From Enoplolaimus lenunculus (taxonomy: Eukaryota), in NCBI GenBank assembly GCA_030248215.1, contig JASANG010000424.1, forward strand, positions 496,001 through 557,916: DNA of 61,916 bases, read 5' to 3'. Both the position numbers and the translations under genes were made by a program. Each line of letters starts with the position of its first letter. Position 1 is the first letter of the stretch. The notes beneath the pieces are model-generated. The model was given only the letters and a program-made list of their open reading frames with translations. It was not told the origin of the DNA and ran no database searches. Shown piece by piece: positions 38,890 to 52,382 of this stretch.

Positions 38890-41275
38890 CAAATGAAAAC
38901 GGATAGTGATCAAAATAAAACGGAAACGGAAAGCGGATATTGAAGCATATACGTTTTAAAAATGTTTTTTCTGCCAACAACTGAGGGGTGGATTAAATTC
39001 ACCCGGAGCCGGATGTTTATGCGAAATTAGGTAGTAAAAATGACGGTTAATTAGATAAGTTTAGCTTATATCTGCATATGTTGTTAATTTGTTTGGTGTT
39101 ACGCTAATTTTCTGCGAAACTTTGAAAATTCTTTCCTGAAAATGACAAAAGTATAACTAAAACGCACTAAACAGATAAAATTTGCAAAATTATGCAAAAT
39201 TTTACTACCGAAATTGCCATCTTAAATGGTTCCGTGCTTCGAAATATGACTGATAAGGATATTTACAACTTTTAACTATAATCTGCGAAAGCTTCTTAGG
39301 CATGCAATCATGGCTTTCCAAATCGAATTTGGATACTAAACAACATACAAAATACGAAAAATGTTGCTACGTGACTGAACCTACCGCAAAAATTCTATCG
39401 GAACCACTGCTCGCATTTATGCCGGAACTGGAAGTAGACCCGCTGTACCCTACTAAATTTTGTTTCATCTCAGACTTTCGGCTCCGGTATTTTTTACCTT
39501 CGGTATGGCACCCTGCCTGCTACGACCGCATGAAAATTGCTCATGTCTGTAAAAATTTAAAATCCATATATAAAAAGTATTTTTTCGTTTACATATAAAT
39601 AAAATTTTCAGTCGTTTCAAAAGCTGAATCAATATCTATATTCTGATCAGTAGAATGCTTGGTATCAAACTAAGTGAATTATTACGCCTTTGGCGATCAC
39701 ATTTCGGTTAAAAAGCAGATAATACACATTTCTGGTATAAGCTTTTTCTTCATTTTAAAAATTTTCAATTTTTGACATTTAATAAAGAATAAATAGCATC
39801 GTTCCATGGTTTTAGGAGCTACGTTTATCTCATCCCTAAAGGTTCGAAAATTCAGTTATTTAAATTCATGCAATTATGTTCTGATATAATGTGCAATTAC
39901 CGCTTTTACTACTGGCCGGCCGGCCGGCAGCCAACGAAACATTTGATTGGACGGCCAATATAAAAGTTCAAATTTTAAAAATTCAAGCATTTTATATTAT
40001 ATATCAGGGTGTATTAAACGGATAGTAAAAGTAACGGAAATGGAAAGTGATCAAAGCGGGCCCGAAGCCAATTGGGCTCAGCCTCCCTGGAAAAGTTTTA
40101 GCCCCCCTAGAAAGGTTTCAACCTTGCTTGTAACTCATTGAAAACCCTTGAATGCCCCTCCTGACAAATTTTTAGCTCCCCTACCAAGGCGAGCTGGAAA
40201 CGGGTTTGGATCAAAGTAATGGAAATGGAAACAGAAAACGAATATTTATTATATTTTTCTGCCAACACAATTGAGGCGGGTATAAAATTCACGCTTTAGA
40301 TTTCAGTGAGTAGATTTTAACTCAGAATAGTTGGATCACTCAGCCTGAGTTAGGACTATCAGAACTTAGAATTTTGAGTTGATTCGACAATTCATTCTGA
40401 GTTAATTAATCGAATCATCCAGAGCCAACTAAACTCAGTAAGAAAGAATAAACTCAACTCAGAGTGAGTTAATGTTCACTGATATTAATTCAGAAAAAAC
40501 CAATTCGCAAGCTGAATTGATAATCAACTCATTGGAATTTACAGTGCACCAGTGTTTCTAAAATTTCAAAAAAATGGCAGTTCAGAAATTTTTAAGATTT
40601 TGGATGAATTTCGTAATTCATATTTCATTTCGAATTTTAGCATATCTTTAACAAAAAATTGCGAAGTATACACGTGAGTTATGTACACAATAAGCTGTGG
40701 CGTAGCCATAGGGGGTTTCAGCTGTCAACTTCCCCCGTTTGAGATTTTAATTCTTTTACTAAAAGAGCTAAAATTTCTAATCAAGTATAACTGTGTTCTT
40801 GGCGATTTTAGTGTGAGAATCGCTTAGTGCAAAGGTTTGATCTTGATTTAGGGTCCCTTAAAATTGCAGGGGTTTACGGGTGGCAGTAGCCTAATAAATT
40901 TCTTGTCTGGGTACTCCCATATCGTGGGCTACTAATTTTTCGCACCTGAAATGTAACATTGACAAAAATATACGATGGCTAACTTCCCAGTAGGTTGTGC
41001 TTCTGCTATCGCGAACCTGTTTTGTTTTCGGTTTGATTTCTGGCACCGAACGACATTAATATCTCAAACATATATAGATTCTTTAACTAATTCTATTTTT
41101 ATACTCAATGTGCCGAATATCAGGTGCATCATTAAAGTGCTATTTGGGTCAATGATTTCTAGTTATATTTGCAAGCGTGAGAAAATTCTCATCGTTTACT
41201 ATCGCCACAGACGACACTGTGGGAAAATTGTCTGGGAACATTGCAGTTTCTAATTGAATTCTAAAAACGGTACCG

Positions 41276-44200
41276 ATGCAAGAAGATTCTGATGGATGTA
41301 CAATGCCTGCTTGTATGGTAATTTTTTTACATTTTGAAAAGATGCAAGGAATTGTAGATTAAAACTTTTCTATATGGCAAAAAAATACCTCTGCGAAACA
41401 GGCTCGTTTCGTTCATGGAACAGGTTGTCACGAAACGTGCAAAAAATAAAACTATTTCAAACGCTTTTCGTGTTTCAAACATCATCTTTCAAAATGTTTT
41501 TCTGGATGTGGACATACGATGAAATGAATCGCGAGCGTAGCTGAAAGGCTATAAACGCTTTTAATGCGAAAAGCGTTTTGTAGTTTTCATACGATTCCTT
41601 CAACAGAATACAAAACCACACTTGGAAACACAAAAATACTTTTGGGCAACCCTCTGCATAGGCCAAATAAATATCAGGCCCGGGCCCGTAGCCAAGGCGG
41701 GGAGGGGACAGGGGGCTCAGCACCCCTGGGAAAATTTCGGCCCTCCTAGAAAGTTGTCAACCTTGTTTGTAACTTATTGAAAACCGTTGAATGCACCCCC
41801 TGAAAAACGTTTAGCCCATCATAGCAAGGTGAGCTGGCTACGCGCCTGATGTGGCCAAATAAATATTAGTCTCCCCTTATTCGGGTCGCTACAGTAATCC
41901 TGAAACTGTCCAATTTCGCGTCACCTGTGACTCCGACAAATTTTGTTGACCTCCGGCTCCGGTATTTTTTACCTTCGGTTACGTCAGCTCATAGACCGCC
42001 TTGAAAATTGTAGTTACAATTAGGAATTATGCGATGGTCTCATAAAACGTTGGACTGGCTTACGGACCTGAAAGAGGCGTGCCGATATTCTTTATTGTTT
42101 TAGCCACTGTGGTTGGCAAGTGTAGTCGGAATTGCAGTAGCTGCGGTGACAATTACATCAACTACATTTTTTATTATTTGTATTGTTCAAAGGACATGCA
42201 AACGGTTCGTTGTTTTAAAATATTACCTATCGTTTCCATTCGTCTACACTGCAAAAAATGGTGAGTCAAATTGACTCTCTACTAAATAGGCTCTACAGGA
42301 CCTACGCAAACTGACCCAAATTCGACTCCGCCAGAGTCAAACGTGCAACTCAGAGAGTTGAATTTGACTCTGGCGGAATCGAATTTGACTCACCATTTTT
42401 TGCAGTGTACGTTTGCCCAAAAATGGTCCGATTTTGAAAATTTGCGAATATGTCTTCGAATAAGTACTATTTTTACACTGCAAAAACTGGTGAGTCAACT
42501 TAACTCTCTCCAAAATAGGCTGGTTCGGACTACACAAACTGAGTCAAAATTCCACTCCGCCAAAATCATATTCGACTCCATGAGTCGTTCAGTGAGTCGA
42601 ATTCGACTCTGGCGAAGACGAATATGACTCAGTTTGTGTAGTCCGGAAAACCTATTGCGGAAAAAGTCAATTTAACTCACCATTTTTTGCAATGTACTAT
42701 CTCATGCCAGAAAGTTTAATATACTAAAAATGCACTTTTCTAAGGAAAGTCACTGTGGGCAATTTCGTAGTTGTTTATCTTTTTTGTTAATCTTTCCAAT
42801 GCCCGGTCAGATATATTAGATGACTTTAAATTTAACACCATTCAACTTAGCTACATCAACAAGCAAGTGTGTCTAAAAATGTAAACACATCGACACTGGC
42901 TTGATCTATTGTTGCTTTTAGGCAAATGAATCAATTTGGAAGCATTTCAAAAACACGCGGGTTTACACTTCCAAAGTTCCCATTTGTTAACGTCCCTATT
43001 CAGCCTAAGTTTCCGGCCGACAAAACGCGTCGTTTGACTCAAAAAAGCGAGTATGAATTTGGTTCCGATACAGGTACTTGAAACTAAAAGCGGATATAAA
43101 CCGGATATAAAGCGAGTATGAATTTGGATCCGATACAGGTACTTGAAACTAAAAGCGGATATAACCCAGATATAAAGCGAGTATGAATTTGGATCCGATA
43201 CAGGTACTTGAAACTAAAAGCGGATATAAACCGGATATAAGGCATCTTCAGCTGGTTGCAAGTAGTTAAAAAAGGGCTATGTGCTAGTTTAACCTTCGAA
43301 GTAAACGTTATACTTGTAAAAAGGTTATTATGGTCCAGCTTTTAAATTAATACAAACTTCTTGTATGTCGTAAAAATGGATTTCTATGGGGCAAAATTCA
43401 ACGCCGGTACTTTTTACACTGGCCCCTACCACTGCAATGTTGGAGGGGGGGGAGACTAAGGATGGCTCTGTTTGGACAATTGTCGTTTGCACAACTGTAG
43501 TACTGGCGATCATTGTAGTCGATGGTGCCACATCATCTGGCGGTATTGCAAAAACGCGGTTTACATCACAGTTGAATTCAAAGAAGAAATAGTCAAACTG
43601 AACCGGTGGGTTCACTGTAAATACTAATAAGTTGAGTAATCAATTCAGCTAGCGAGTTGGTGATTTCTGAATTAATATCAGTAAACATTAGTTCACTCTG
43701 AGTTGAGTTGTTTCTTACACTGAGTTGAGTTGATTCTCACTCTAAGTTGAGTAGACTCTGGGTGAGTTGATTAATTAACTCAGAATGAATTGAATCAGTT
43801 CAAAATTTTGAGTTCTGATAGTCATAACTCAGACTGAGTGATTCAACTCATTCTGAGATAAAATTAACTCACTGAAATTTACAGTGTTTAAATTTGATAT
43901 TTTAAATTTGTATTTCTCTTTAGATTTTTAACTAATCTTAGTTCAACGGACAGCTCAAAATAGATGTTTCGTATTCAGGCATCACTTGCAAAAATAACAA
44001 CCTTTTAGATTAAGTAAGAAAATAAAGGCCCTTCATACGTACAAGTTTTAGGTCTTTTCGGTTATCTCTTCCATCCGGCGTTTGCCCAAAAATGGTTAGA
44101 TTTTGAAAATTTTAGCATAGTTGATCTTCTCATGCCCTACCCTATGATCAGTCCACACACGAAATATATTGTCTTGTATTAATGAATATATGGTCTGAAA

Positions 44201-47200
44201 TTTAAGACAATTATGTCTCGATACAGATTCCAGCCTTATATGTCTTTAATTCAAGACTTTTATTTCTTAAATTTTTCAGAAATATTGGTTTAAAAGTTTT
44301 CACACTTAATGAATGTCTTAAATTTAAGACTTTGTTTTATGAACGATTAAGAAAAATATTTCTGAAATATAAGACAAGCATATCTGAAATAAAACACAGA
44401 GATTTGTCATGGAAACCGACTCCAAAATTGGGGGCCAATGTTCAACCCAATACCTTAATTTTACAACCAAAGATACGCTCAAGACGTAAACTTAGGTCGG
44501 AGGGAGCTTGACCTCAACCCGAAATATCTTTGAAAATTCGATTATTTGTATACTCTCGTAAGAATATAAACTGAGTAACAGTTTTACATGCATAAAAATC
44601 AAAAAATAAATTTTTGAATATAAGACAACTGTTTTTAGATTTTGTGTCTTATAAATTGGCAATAGCAATTTCTTGAATATAAGACATTTATTTTTAACCA
44701 TTTAAGAAACGAATTTCTGAGCTGTTTAAGGCTATTAATGTCTAAAATACAAGACATTTATGTCTTGAAAATTTAAGAAAGTAGGAGTCTTGAAATTTTA
44801 AGAAAATTTATTTGGTGTGCACGCCCAAAGTTGAATTGTTGAAGGTTCCAAGGTCCCCTGCTCGGGATCCAAAATTTTTGTGTCAAAAAGTTATGACAAA
44901 TTATATACCATTCGACGCAGCAAGTTTGTACAGTGAGAACTTGCAGTTATAGCTTTCACGGTATCATGTTTGAACTGTTAATATAACGTTTCACATCAAA
45001 ACGTTTATAAATAGATTTGTTTGATTTCGGACGTTCCGGCAAGCAAATAATCCGAATACAATATAAACTTAGAAAACTTTGCAAATTTGGTCGCTTCACT
45101 CAAGGGAAAACATCCTAAAATTTTCGAATTTTATTGAAATAATTAATGTTCAGCATCATTCACGCCTCAATTCACAAAAACAATTTTCGTATATTTATTT
45201 ATTTGTTTATTTATTTATTTATTTACTTGTTTATTCATTTATATATTTAATATTTATTATTTTTATTTCACTAGTTTCAGATCACGATTCTGTGTTTGGA
45301 ACATATTGTGGATCGGGAGATAAAGGAACACGTCGATCTTATCTCAAATTTGAGTAAGTTTGCAAACGTAAACACAAATCTGGCGAGTTGCCAGCCAATC
45401 ACCTTCAAAGGGGACATGCGAGGATTTATCATTATATCAAAAGACGGGTTGGGGTAACGATTTTTCTAGGAGGGGAATGAAACATTCAAAAAGATGAAAA
45501 TAGAAAGAAAATCTCTTACCTTTTGGAAAATATAAGTTTTTGCTAAAGCTTTATTTCAACAATTTTATGCTGCTTTATAGTGTTTGTCATGTGTCGAATT
45601 TCAATTGGTTAAGTTCACTGTAAATTCCGATGAGTTGATTAATCAACTCAGAGAGAGATTTGGATATTTTTGCGTGTTTCTGAAGTAAAAAATCAGTGAA
45701 CATTAACTCACACTGAGCTGATTTAATTATGCGTTAGTTAATTTATTAATTCAGAATGAGTTCAATCAATTCAGAATTCTGAGTTCTGAAAAACCTAATT
45801 CACAGCTGACAGACCTCTGAGTGGATTCAGCTCATTCGGAGTTAAAATCAACTCACTGAAATTTACAGTGTTGTGTGTCAAATTTTGTGCTATTCACAAG
45901 TCTTATTAGCAGCAGTGTGCAGCCGTAGGTTCAAATACATTAAAGTCAAACGACGGCAAAATTAGCCGATGCCAAAAGTGAAACGAAATTTATTCAGTAA
46001 TAAAGTGGCGCTAGAATTGACTATTATTTTAACATAAAATCTAAATGGTTTGTTTTAGGCCCGTAGTCAGCCATGCACGGATGTCACCTGAATATGCGCG
46101 TCTATATGTCTTATTGTCCAAACCGGGCACTGTGATTATTTTCAAAATTAAACATTTAAAAATTTGATACCTATTTAATTTCTGCCACACTAAAGTCAAT
46201 TTGATAAGAAACAAAACGTTTTATACCACACTACTGCTGATTTGTTACACAGCAAAAAATAGTGAGTCAAATTGACTCTCTCCGAAATAGACGCTACGGG
46301 ACTACAGAAACTGAGTCAAATTCGACTCCGCCAGAGACAAGTTCGATTAACTGAGTCGAAAGTTTGACTCTGGCGGAGTCGAATTTGACTCAGTTTGTGT
46401 AGTCCCGTAAAGCCTATTTCGGAGAGAGTTAATTTGACAAACCATTTTTTACAGTTGAAGCGTAAAATTTAAGAATATGCTAAGGCTTGCTGTTAGGCTT
46501 AGTCATATGCTGAGACGTGGGCATCAACTTAAGCATAGGCTATAAGTTTCTGAGCCGAAGTCTAAGCCAAAGCTTCAGCCTATTTTATTCGTCTAGACAT
46601 TACTAAGACAATGGTCTGTGACTTCACAGTTAGCCAAACCACAATTACACAAACCGCAATTACCCAGAAGCAATTGCCCAACTGCGTCAATGGCAAAAAA
46701 CGACAATTGCAAAAATGACAGTTGCCCAAATGACAATTACCCAAACGATAATTGCCCAAACGACAATTGCCCAAACGACAATTACCCAAACGACAACTGC
46801 CCAAACGACGACTTGTAGCGTTAGGAAAATAGTCGTTCTTGCAATTGTTGCGTTTGGACGATTGGTTTCATCCGGACAAACTGTTGTTTAGGCAATTGTT
46901 GCGGTTAGAAAATTGTTGCGTTAGGGCAATTGTTGCTGTTGCACTTGTTGCGTTTAGGCAATTCTCACAATTGGCAATTGTCGTTTGGGCAATTTTCGCA
47001 TTCGGGCCGTCGCAGTTTAGGCAATCGTCGCCACCTTTGTGGGGGGGAACATTTTTCGTACGGGAAAAGTGTAACAAGGACCGGAAAAAATTTTATTCAG
47101 ACGTAGAAAATAAAGTATTAATAACAAAATCATTTCAGACGACGATCTGGATGGTCAAACAGCAGAGACGACATCCGGTCCCCAAGTTCAATACGCAATG

Positions 47201-50200
47201 CAATACCGGATATTTGGAAAGTAACTGTAAAAATGAATTTTGATCCAGTTGCGTGCAAGCTTAATTTTGTGTTATTTCGAGCGTTCAAAGACTGTGGTAA
47301 GTTGCCGTTCATCACACTGTTGTCTCAACTTGCGTTGCAATTAGTTGTAATTTATAGACCATTAGCTGAGGTGTACTATGTATAAGGCTTAGATTTATAC
47401 GCTAAGGCTTTGATTTAGACTTTAAAACTTGAGTTTACAATGGTGGCTGCTGGACACTGTGTGAAAAATATTTGAATGCCAGTTTTAAGCGTTAAGCTCT
47501 ATTCACACGTGCAAGTTTTTGCTGCGATAACTTGCAGCTGCAAATTGCACGCAGAACTTGCATTTTTGTATCAGCCAATGAGAAAGCGGCTGCAATAAAT
47601 TCAGAGAACGTGCATGGTTATTCACAGATGTGAACTAAATTTCTAGCTATGATTTTTAATGAATTATTTGCAGCTGCAATTTTTTCGAGCGGGATTTTGG
47701 ACAAAACTGGCAAGTGCAAGTTTACAGCTGCAAGTTTTCACAGCAAAAATTTGCACGTGTGAATAGGGCTTAATGTTTCTAAAAAAACTTGGTCCATATT
47801 AATTGAATCGATGTATTTCTGGACTTAATTTTTGGCTCCAGCGTTCAAAAATACACTTTGCCTAATAGCAAGAGTATATAATCACAGAGTGTGACAGTTA
47901 GAAAAGGTTGCTACCTGTTGCTATTTGAAGTATCACATGATCTATATATGACAGTACCCGTTCCGCGTTTAGGGAGGGGGTATTACGGCTAGTTTTGCGC
48001 ACTAAATTTGTAGCATAAACATTGCGATATACAGTCTACAACATGGTGCGCGTTCCCTGCTTTATTTCACGTTTAAAATGAACATTTAACTCCCCTCAAT
48101 TGAAGGGGGTCTGATGGAAAATGTCCCTCGTGATGCTACCAGAGTAAATGTTGTAGATCGCAAGTGTCGTCCTAATAGTGTATGGTTTGTCGAATTTTTC
48201 TGGCAAACTGCTTGCTAAGTTCAGTACAACTATGCTAAATCCGGAAACGTCACGAGAAGATATAATGCCATGGCTTAAGTTTATCTTTCATAACAGAAAC
48301 AGGGGATACCTAAGTCGTCCAAAAACATAACCACTGTACCCCCCTCCTTTTGTAAATGTGCATGACAACAGATTTTCTTCTATTACTTTCGAACTACTGA
48401 CTCACAAGTTTCCTAGCTTAGAACACTTTTCACGTTTGACTTGCGTTACTTCAAAGTTTTCCTGCGGGACGGTAATAGAGTAAGCTTTAAGTTTGGCTGG
48501 CTTAGGCTTAGATTTAGATGTAGGTTCATTCTTACGGTTAGGCTTAGGCTCAGGCTTAGGCTTAGGCTTTGGCTTAGGAATACGCTTAAACTACAGCTCC
48601 AGCCTTGTTCTATATATGGCTCCTCTGAACTCAATTATTGCTAGCTTGTTGCTAAGCGGGTTATTAAACTTCCGATGGTGGTACACACAGTTGAGAAAAT
48701 GATTTCGCTTCAGAAAACTTGCCAAACAACAGGGAAAACGATGGCCGACCGGAACTGAAAGGAATTCAAGAATCGGATGTTACTAAAGCCGTCTTCGCTC
48801 AACTTTGCCTTTTGCCTGGTGAAACACAATTGCGTCAGACGGTTTCGGTTGTGATTGGTGGTCCGTATCCGGTGGAACCATGTTTTGATGAGGCGTTTCA
48901 TTTTAAAGTAAATCCACTGGTAATTTCGTGTATTGTGAAATTAAAAATTGTGATATTTTTAAGGCTTAAACTTCGCTGCGGTTGATTAAAGTTTTTTTGA
49001 CTGCTAAATTTAGGAATGAAAAACAAAACCAGATTTTCGGTATTTGACAAAGATATTTCATTGTATTTTAAATTATTCAAGCGAAAAATTTTCAGTTTAC
49101 TGTCTATAACCCCTTCTCACATAGAGTTGACTATGGGCAACTCAGTGCAGTGTATATACGTTACATAATATATATCGCACCGTGTTTAACAATTGCAAAA
49201 CGTATACATAGTACTAAATTACTACAAGACGTGAGAGTACCCTCGGTCTCGAGCGTCAAGCTCCTATATAGCTGAGTGGCGATGATTTGTGCACATTCCG
49301 GTAGCTATGTAATTTTTAATGAATAAAGACAGCTTTTTTATAATATTTTATAGGTTCAGGCAAATCAGCTATTAAATACTTTTGTTCGCGTTTCGTTATT
49401 TGAACAAGACACTAGTAAGCATCGGATGTGTTTGGGACATGCATTTTTTGGACTCGCAGTGTTGAACGAGGAAAATGACTACGAACAATACGCGAGTTAC
49501 GCGTTACAGTTGCTGTCCACGGTAAAGGATGGGTCAGAGCGAGTCTTAAACGTCGCTAATTGTTTTCAAATTTCAATGTTTTGTTGCAATCGGAACCGGT
49601 TCGATAATCGCATATATTTATTGCATGAGGTGATACTCAGAGATGGGTGCCTCGGTCTCGGTATTGGCAAGTTTCGGTATTTGGCAGGTCTCGGTCTCAG
49701 TCTCGGTTTCGCTTTTTTGAGTCTCAGTGCTATGGAACCGCGAGACCAGAACTCGTGAGGATTCAGCAAATGTATGACTGTATTGTTCAAATAAGTGATG
49801 GCTTGTGGTTGAATTTTTTGTGCGAAATTACACTGCAAAAAATGGTGAGTCAAATTGTCTCTCTCTCGGAAATAGGCTTTTCCTGACTACGCAAACTGAG
49901 TCAAAGTTGACTCAGGCGGAGTCGAATTTTGACTCAGTTTGTGTAGTGACGAAAAACCTGTTTCGGAGAGTCCGTTTGACTCACCATTTTTTGCAGTGTA
50001 GAAAATGTCATAGTTACGCAATAATTACGCGGCAGATATTCTGAAAATTTACAAAAAAGCTATGAAAAGCACAAAAACTATAAAAACTGGAGAAATCACT
50101 GGCACATGTTACTTCAAGGACGTATCGTTATTCCGCGATACTGCAATAAAGTAAGCTTACGACTTTAGAATAATTTTTTACTTACGCTTGGGCTTAGGAA

Positions 50201-52382
50201 TATGTTTATACCACCGTTACGCCCGCTTCAATTCTTTAAGGTTACGGTTGCGCTATACTTGACGTCCGGCGCCGTCCGTCACCGTGCGTCACCATACGTT
50301 ATCGTACGTGAGTTATTTGTGTACGATACTGCACGGTGATGGACGGCGCCGCACGCCAAAAAACTATAGCGCAACCCAAATAGTTGCCAAGTGACATTAC
50401 TGTTAAGTTAAAATCGAATGTTTAAAATGTTACAGCCAAAGACGAAAACAGCAGAAATCAAACTGGGTCTTTGTTATCATCCGAAAACAGAAACGCTTTC
50501 AATCGATGTTTCCGATGCGAAAGGCAATTACGGTTAGTGAAATCGTACTCAAAACTCGACCAATGTATAGAACAGGGCCGTAACAGTAGTTCAAGCATTT
50601 CCTAAGTCTAAGCCTAAGCGTAACAATGAGCTTATACCTAAGCCTAAGCATAAGCAAAATAATAAACTAAAGCTTAAGTTTACTCTATTGCAGTTCCGCA
50701 GAAAAACGTTCCGCCCATGATAGCGTATAGTGTATGGGTATATGTCAGTCTAGGTAGGAACCAGGACTTCAGACGCTTTTATTAATAAGCAGTTGAAAAA
50801 GCAGGCATACAGTAGTGGCTCAAGAACTCTCACCTTACGAATTCAAAAACGAATTCTTTACTAGGGCACCACGAAGCCTGTGTCTTCTACTTACTCGTCA
50901 ATTATATGTCGACTCGTATGCTTCCATCAAGTATACACAGTAAAATCCAGTGAGTTGATTTTAACTCAGAATGAGTTGAATCACTCAGTCTGAGTTCGGA
51001 TTATCAGAACTCAGACCTTTAAGTTGATCCAATTGATTGTGAGTCCTGAGTTAATTAATCAACTCACCTAGAGTCAACTCAACTCAGATTGAGAATGAAC
51101 TCAATTTAGAGTGAGTTAATGTTTACTGATATTAAATCAGAAATAACCAACTCTCAAGCTGAATTGGTTAATCAACTCATTGTAATTTGCAGTGTACATA
51201 CTGCATTATATTGCACGCGCAGGTAATTGACTAGCATGTCTCACATACTTACAGGCATATAAACTAGAGAATTTGAAATTTGTGAAGGTATTTGTTAAAT
51301 CCTGTCTTAGTATTCTGATGTTGTACTGACTTTTAAAGGTCGTGTCAATGAATTTGATGGCTACTAAATGTACCTTTTCGTAGCCAAATCCTAACTCCGT
51401 CCCGTACTTAAAATCAAAGCAACAAGCGCTTTCTAAAACCTGGACAATTTTCTGCAGTAAATGCAAGCGCTATTACGTGGATGATCCATTGAAAAGCATA
51501 TTTTCAGAGTTCAACAGTACCACGCGGTGTCTATATCAATTGCGTTTATCGGTAATTGTCGGAAATCGCACTGTGAAACGGAAACAAAGCGTAGCGAAAC
51601 CGGAAATAGCAAGCGGTATCCGGTTTTCGTACAATGTTCAAATTAGCCAGCGTCATATGGATGCTACTTGTTTACGGTTTACAGTGCTTCAAATCACTCA
51701 ACCAGCTGTGGTACGTCAAAAAGGTCAAAGGTCAAATTCATCAACCGGTCAGCATGGCATGGAGAAAAGTGGTGACAATCGATGGAAAGATCAAACACAA
51801 CTTCGAAAGATCAAAAGCTACGAAAAGCATTATGAACAGCAACCAATCAAACTGACGGATTTTGACAATCGCCAATCAAGTGATGATTACGGTGATAGTG
51901 GAGTATCGGCCGATTTGGATTCGACCAATCAGCGATCGTCAACTTACGCGACACAGTCAGTCACATCAAATCAAAATAGTGATTTCGAAAGTTTCAACCA
52001 ATCAGCAAGTAGAATATCGCATAATTTGGAAACAAACAATCAGCAATCGCCAAACAACACGACCGAGCCGTGCAATTCAAATCAAAATGATGATTTCAAA
52101 ATATTCACCCAATCAGCGACGACAATATCCGGCGATTTAGAATCAACCAGTCAGCGATCGCCAAACTCTTCGATGGCCACAGGACGATGCCGGTCATCAC
52201 GGGTTAGGGTAATTGGTCGCGTTGTAATTGGTTCGTGTATGTTTGCTCATGGATCCGGATTAGAGCATTGGAAAGCTATGCTTGCCTCTATGCGTAGAAA
52301 TGTCGAACGATGGCATCCAATAACAACGGCTTCGCATGTGGGCGTCGAGTCTGAAATGGAAGAGCTTTTGGCTGATGAGTGA
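41276..52382 (+). CDS. Synaptotagmin-15-like protein (TM + C2A + C2B), ~619 aa; exons 41276-41317, 42104-42204, 42922-43073, 45281-45353, 47139-47296, 48714-48907, 49354-49521, 50436-50532, 51508-52382
   Basis: All nine exons join in phase. TM LWLASVVGIAVAAVTITSTTFFIICIV; C2A strands KVTVKMNFDP..LNFVLFRA, FAQLCLLPGETQLRQT, PCFDEAFHFKV, VRVSLFEQD..LGHAFFGL; C2B AEIKLGLCYHPKTETLSIDVSDA and terminal IGRVVIGSCMFAHGSGLEHWKAML..VERWHPI, which resembles the SYT15 C-terminus as I recall it. Exon 1 is the least certain. Confidence 0.88.
42247..42694. mobile_element. Two adjacent MITE family A copies (42247-42407, 42476-42694) in synaptotagmin intron 2
   Basis: TA|CACTG...CAGTG|TA termini on the first copy; same TIRs on both. 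Confidence 0.85.
43044..43240 (+). repeat. Tandem repeat, 65 bp x3, spanning the exon 3 donor of the synaptotagmin-like gene
   Basis: Unit AAAGCGAGTATGAATTTGGATCCGATACAGGTACTTGAAACTAAAAGCGGATATAAACCGGATAT. Confidence 0.95.
43613..43886. mobile_element. MITE family B (~250-270 bp, CACTGTAAA...TTTACAGTG ends, GAGTT/AACTC-rich)
   Basis: Further copies at ~40291-40546, 45616-45870, 50936-51194, 53151-53364, 53978-55227 (interrupted), 60503-60764; fragments at ~2870-3042 and ~57305-57344. Confidence 0.85.
46620..47032. repeat. Inverted arrays of a 15-bp unit (GACAATTGCCCAAAC) forming a degenerate palindrome
   Basis: Forward units ~46660-46810, reverse-complement units ~46830-47030; probably a non-autonomous element. 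Confidence 0.75.
47496..47769. mobile_element. PIF/Harbinger-like MITE (family D) copy
   Basis: GCTCTATTCACACGTGCAA...TTGCACGTGTGAATAGGGC flanked by TAA/TTAA. Confidence 0.8.
50248..50376. mobile_element. Small palindromic MITE
   Basis: GGTTGCGCTATA...TATAGCGCAACC with inner inverted CGGCGCCGTCC/GGACGGCGCCG. Confidence 0.6.
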
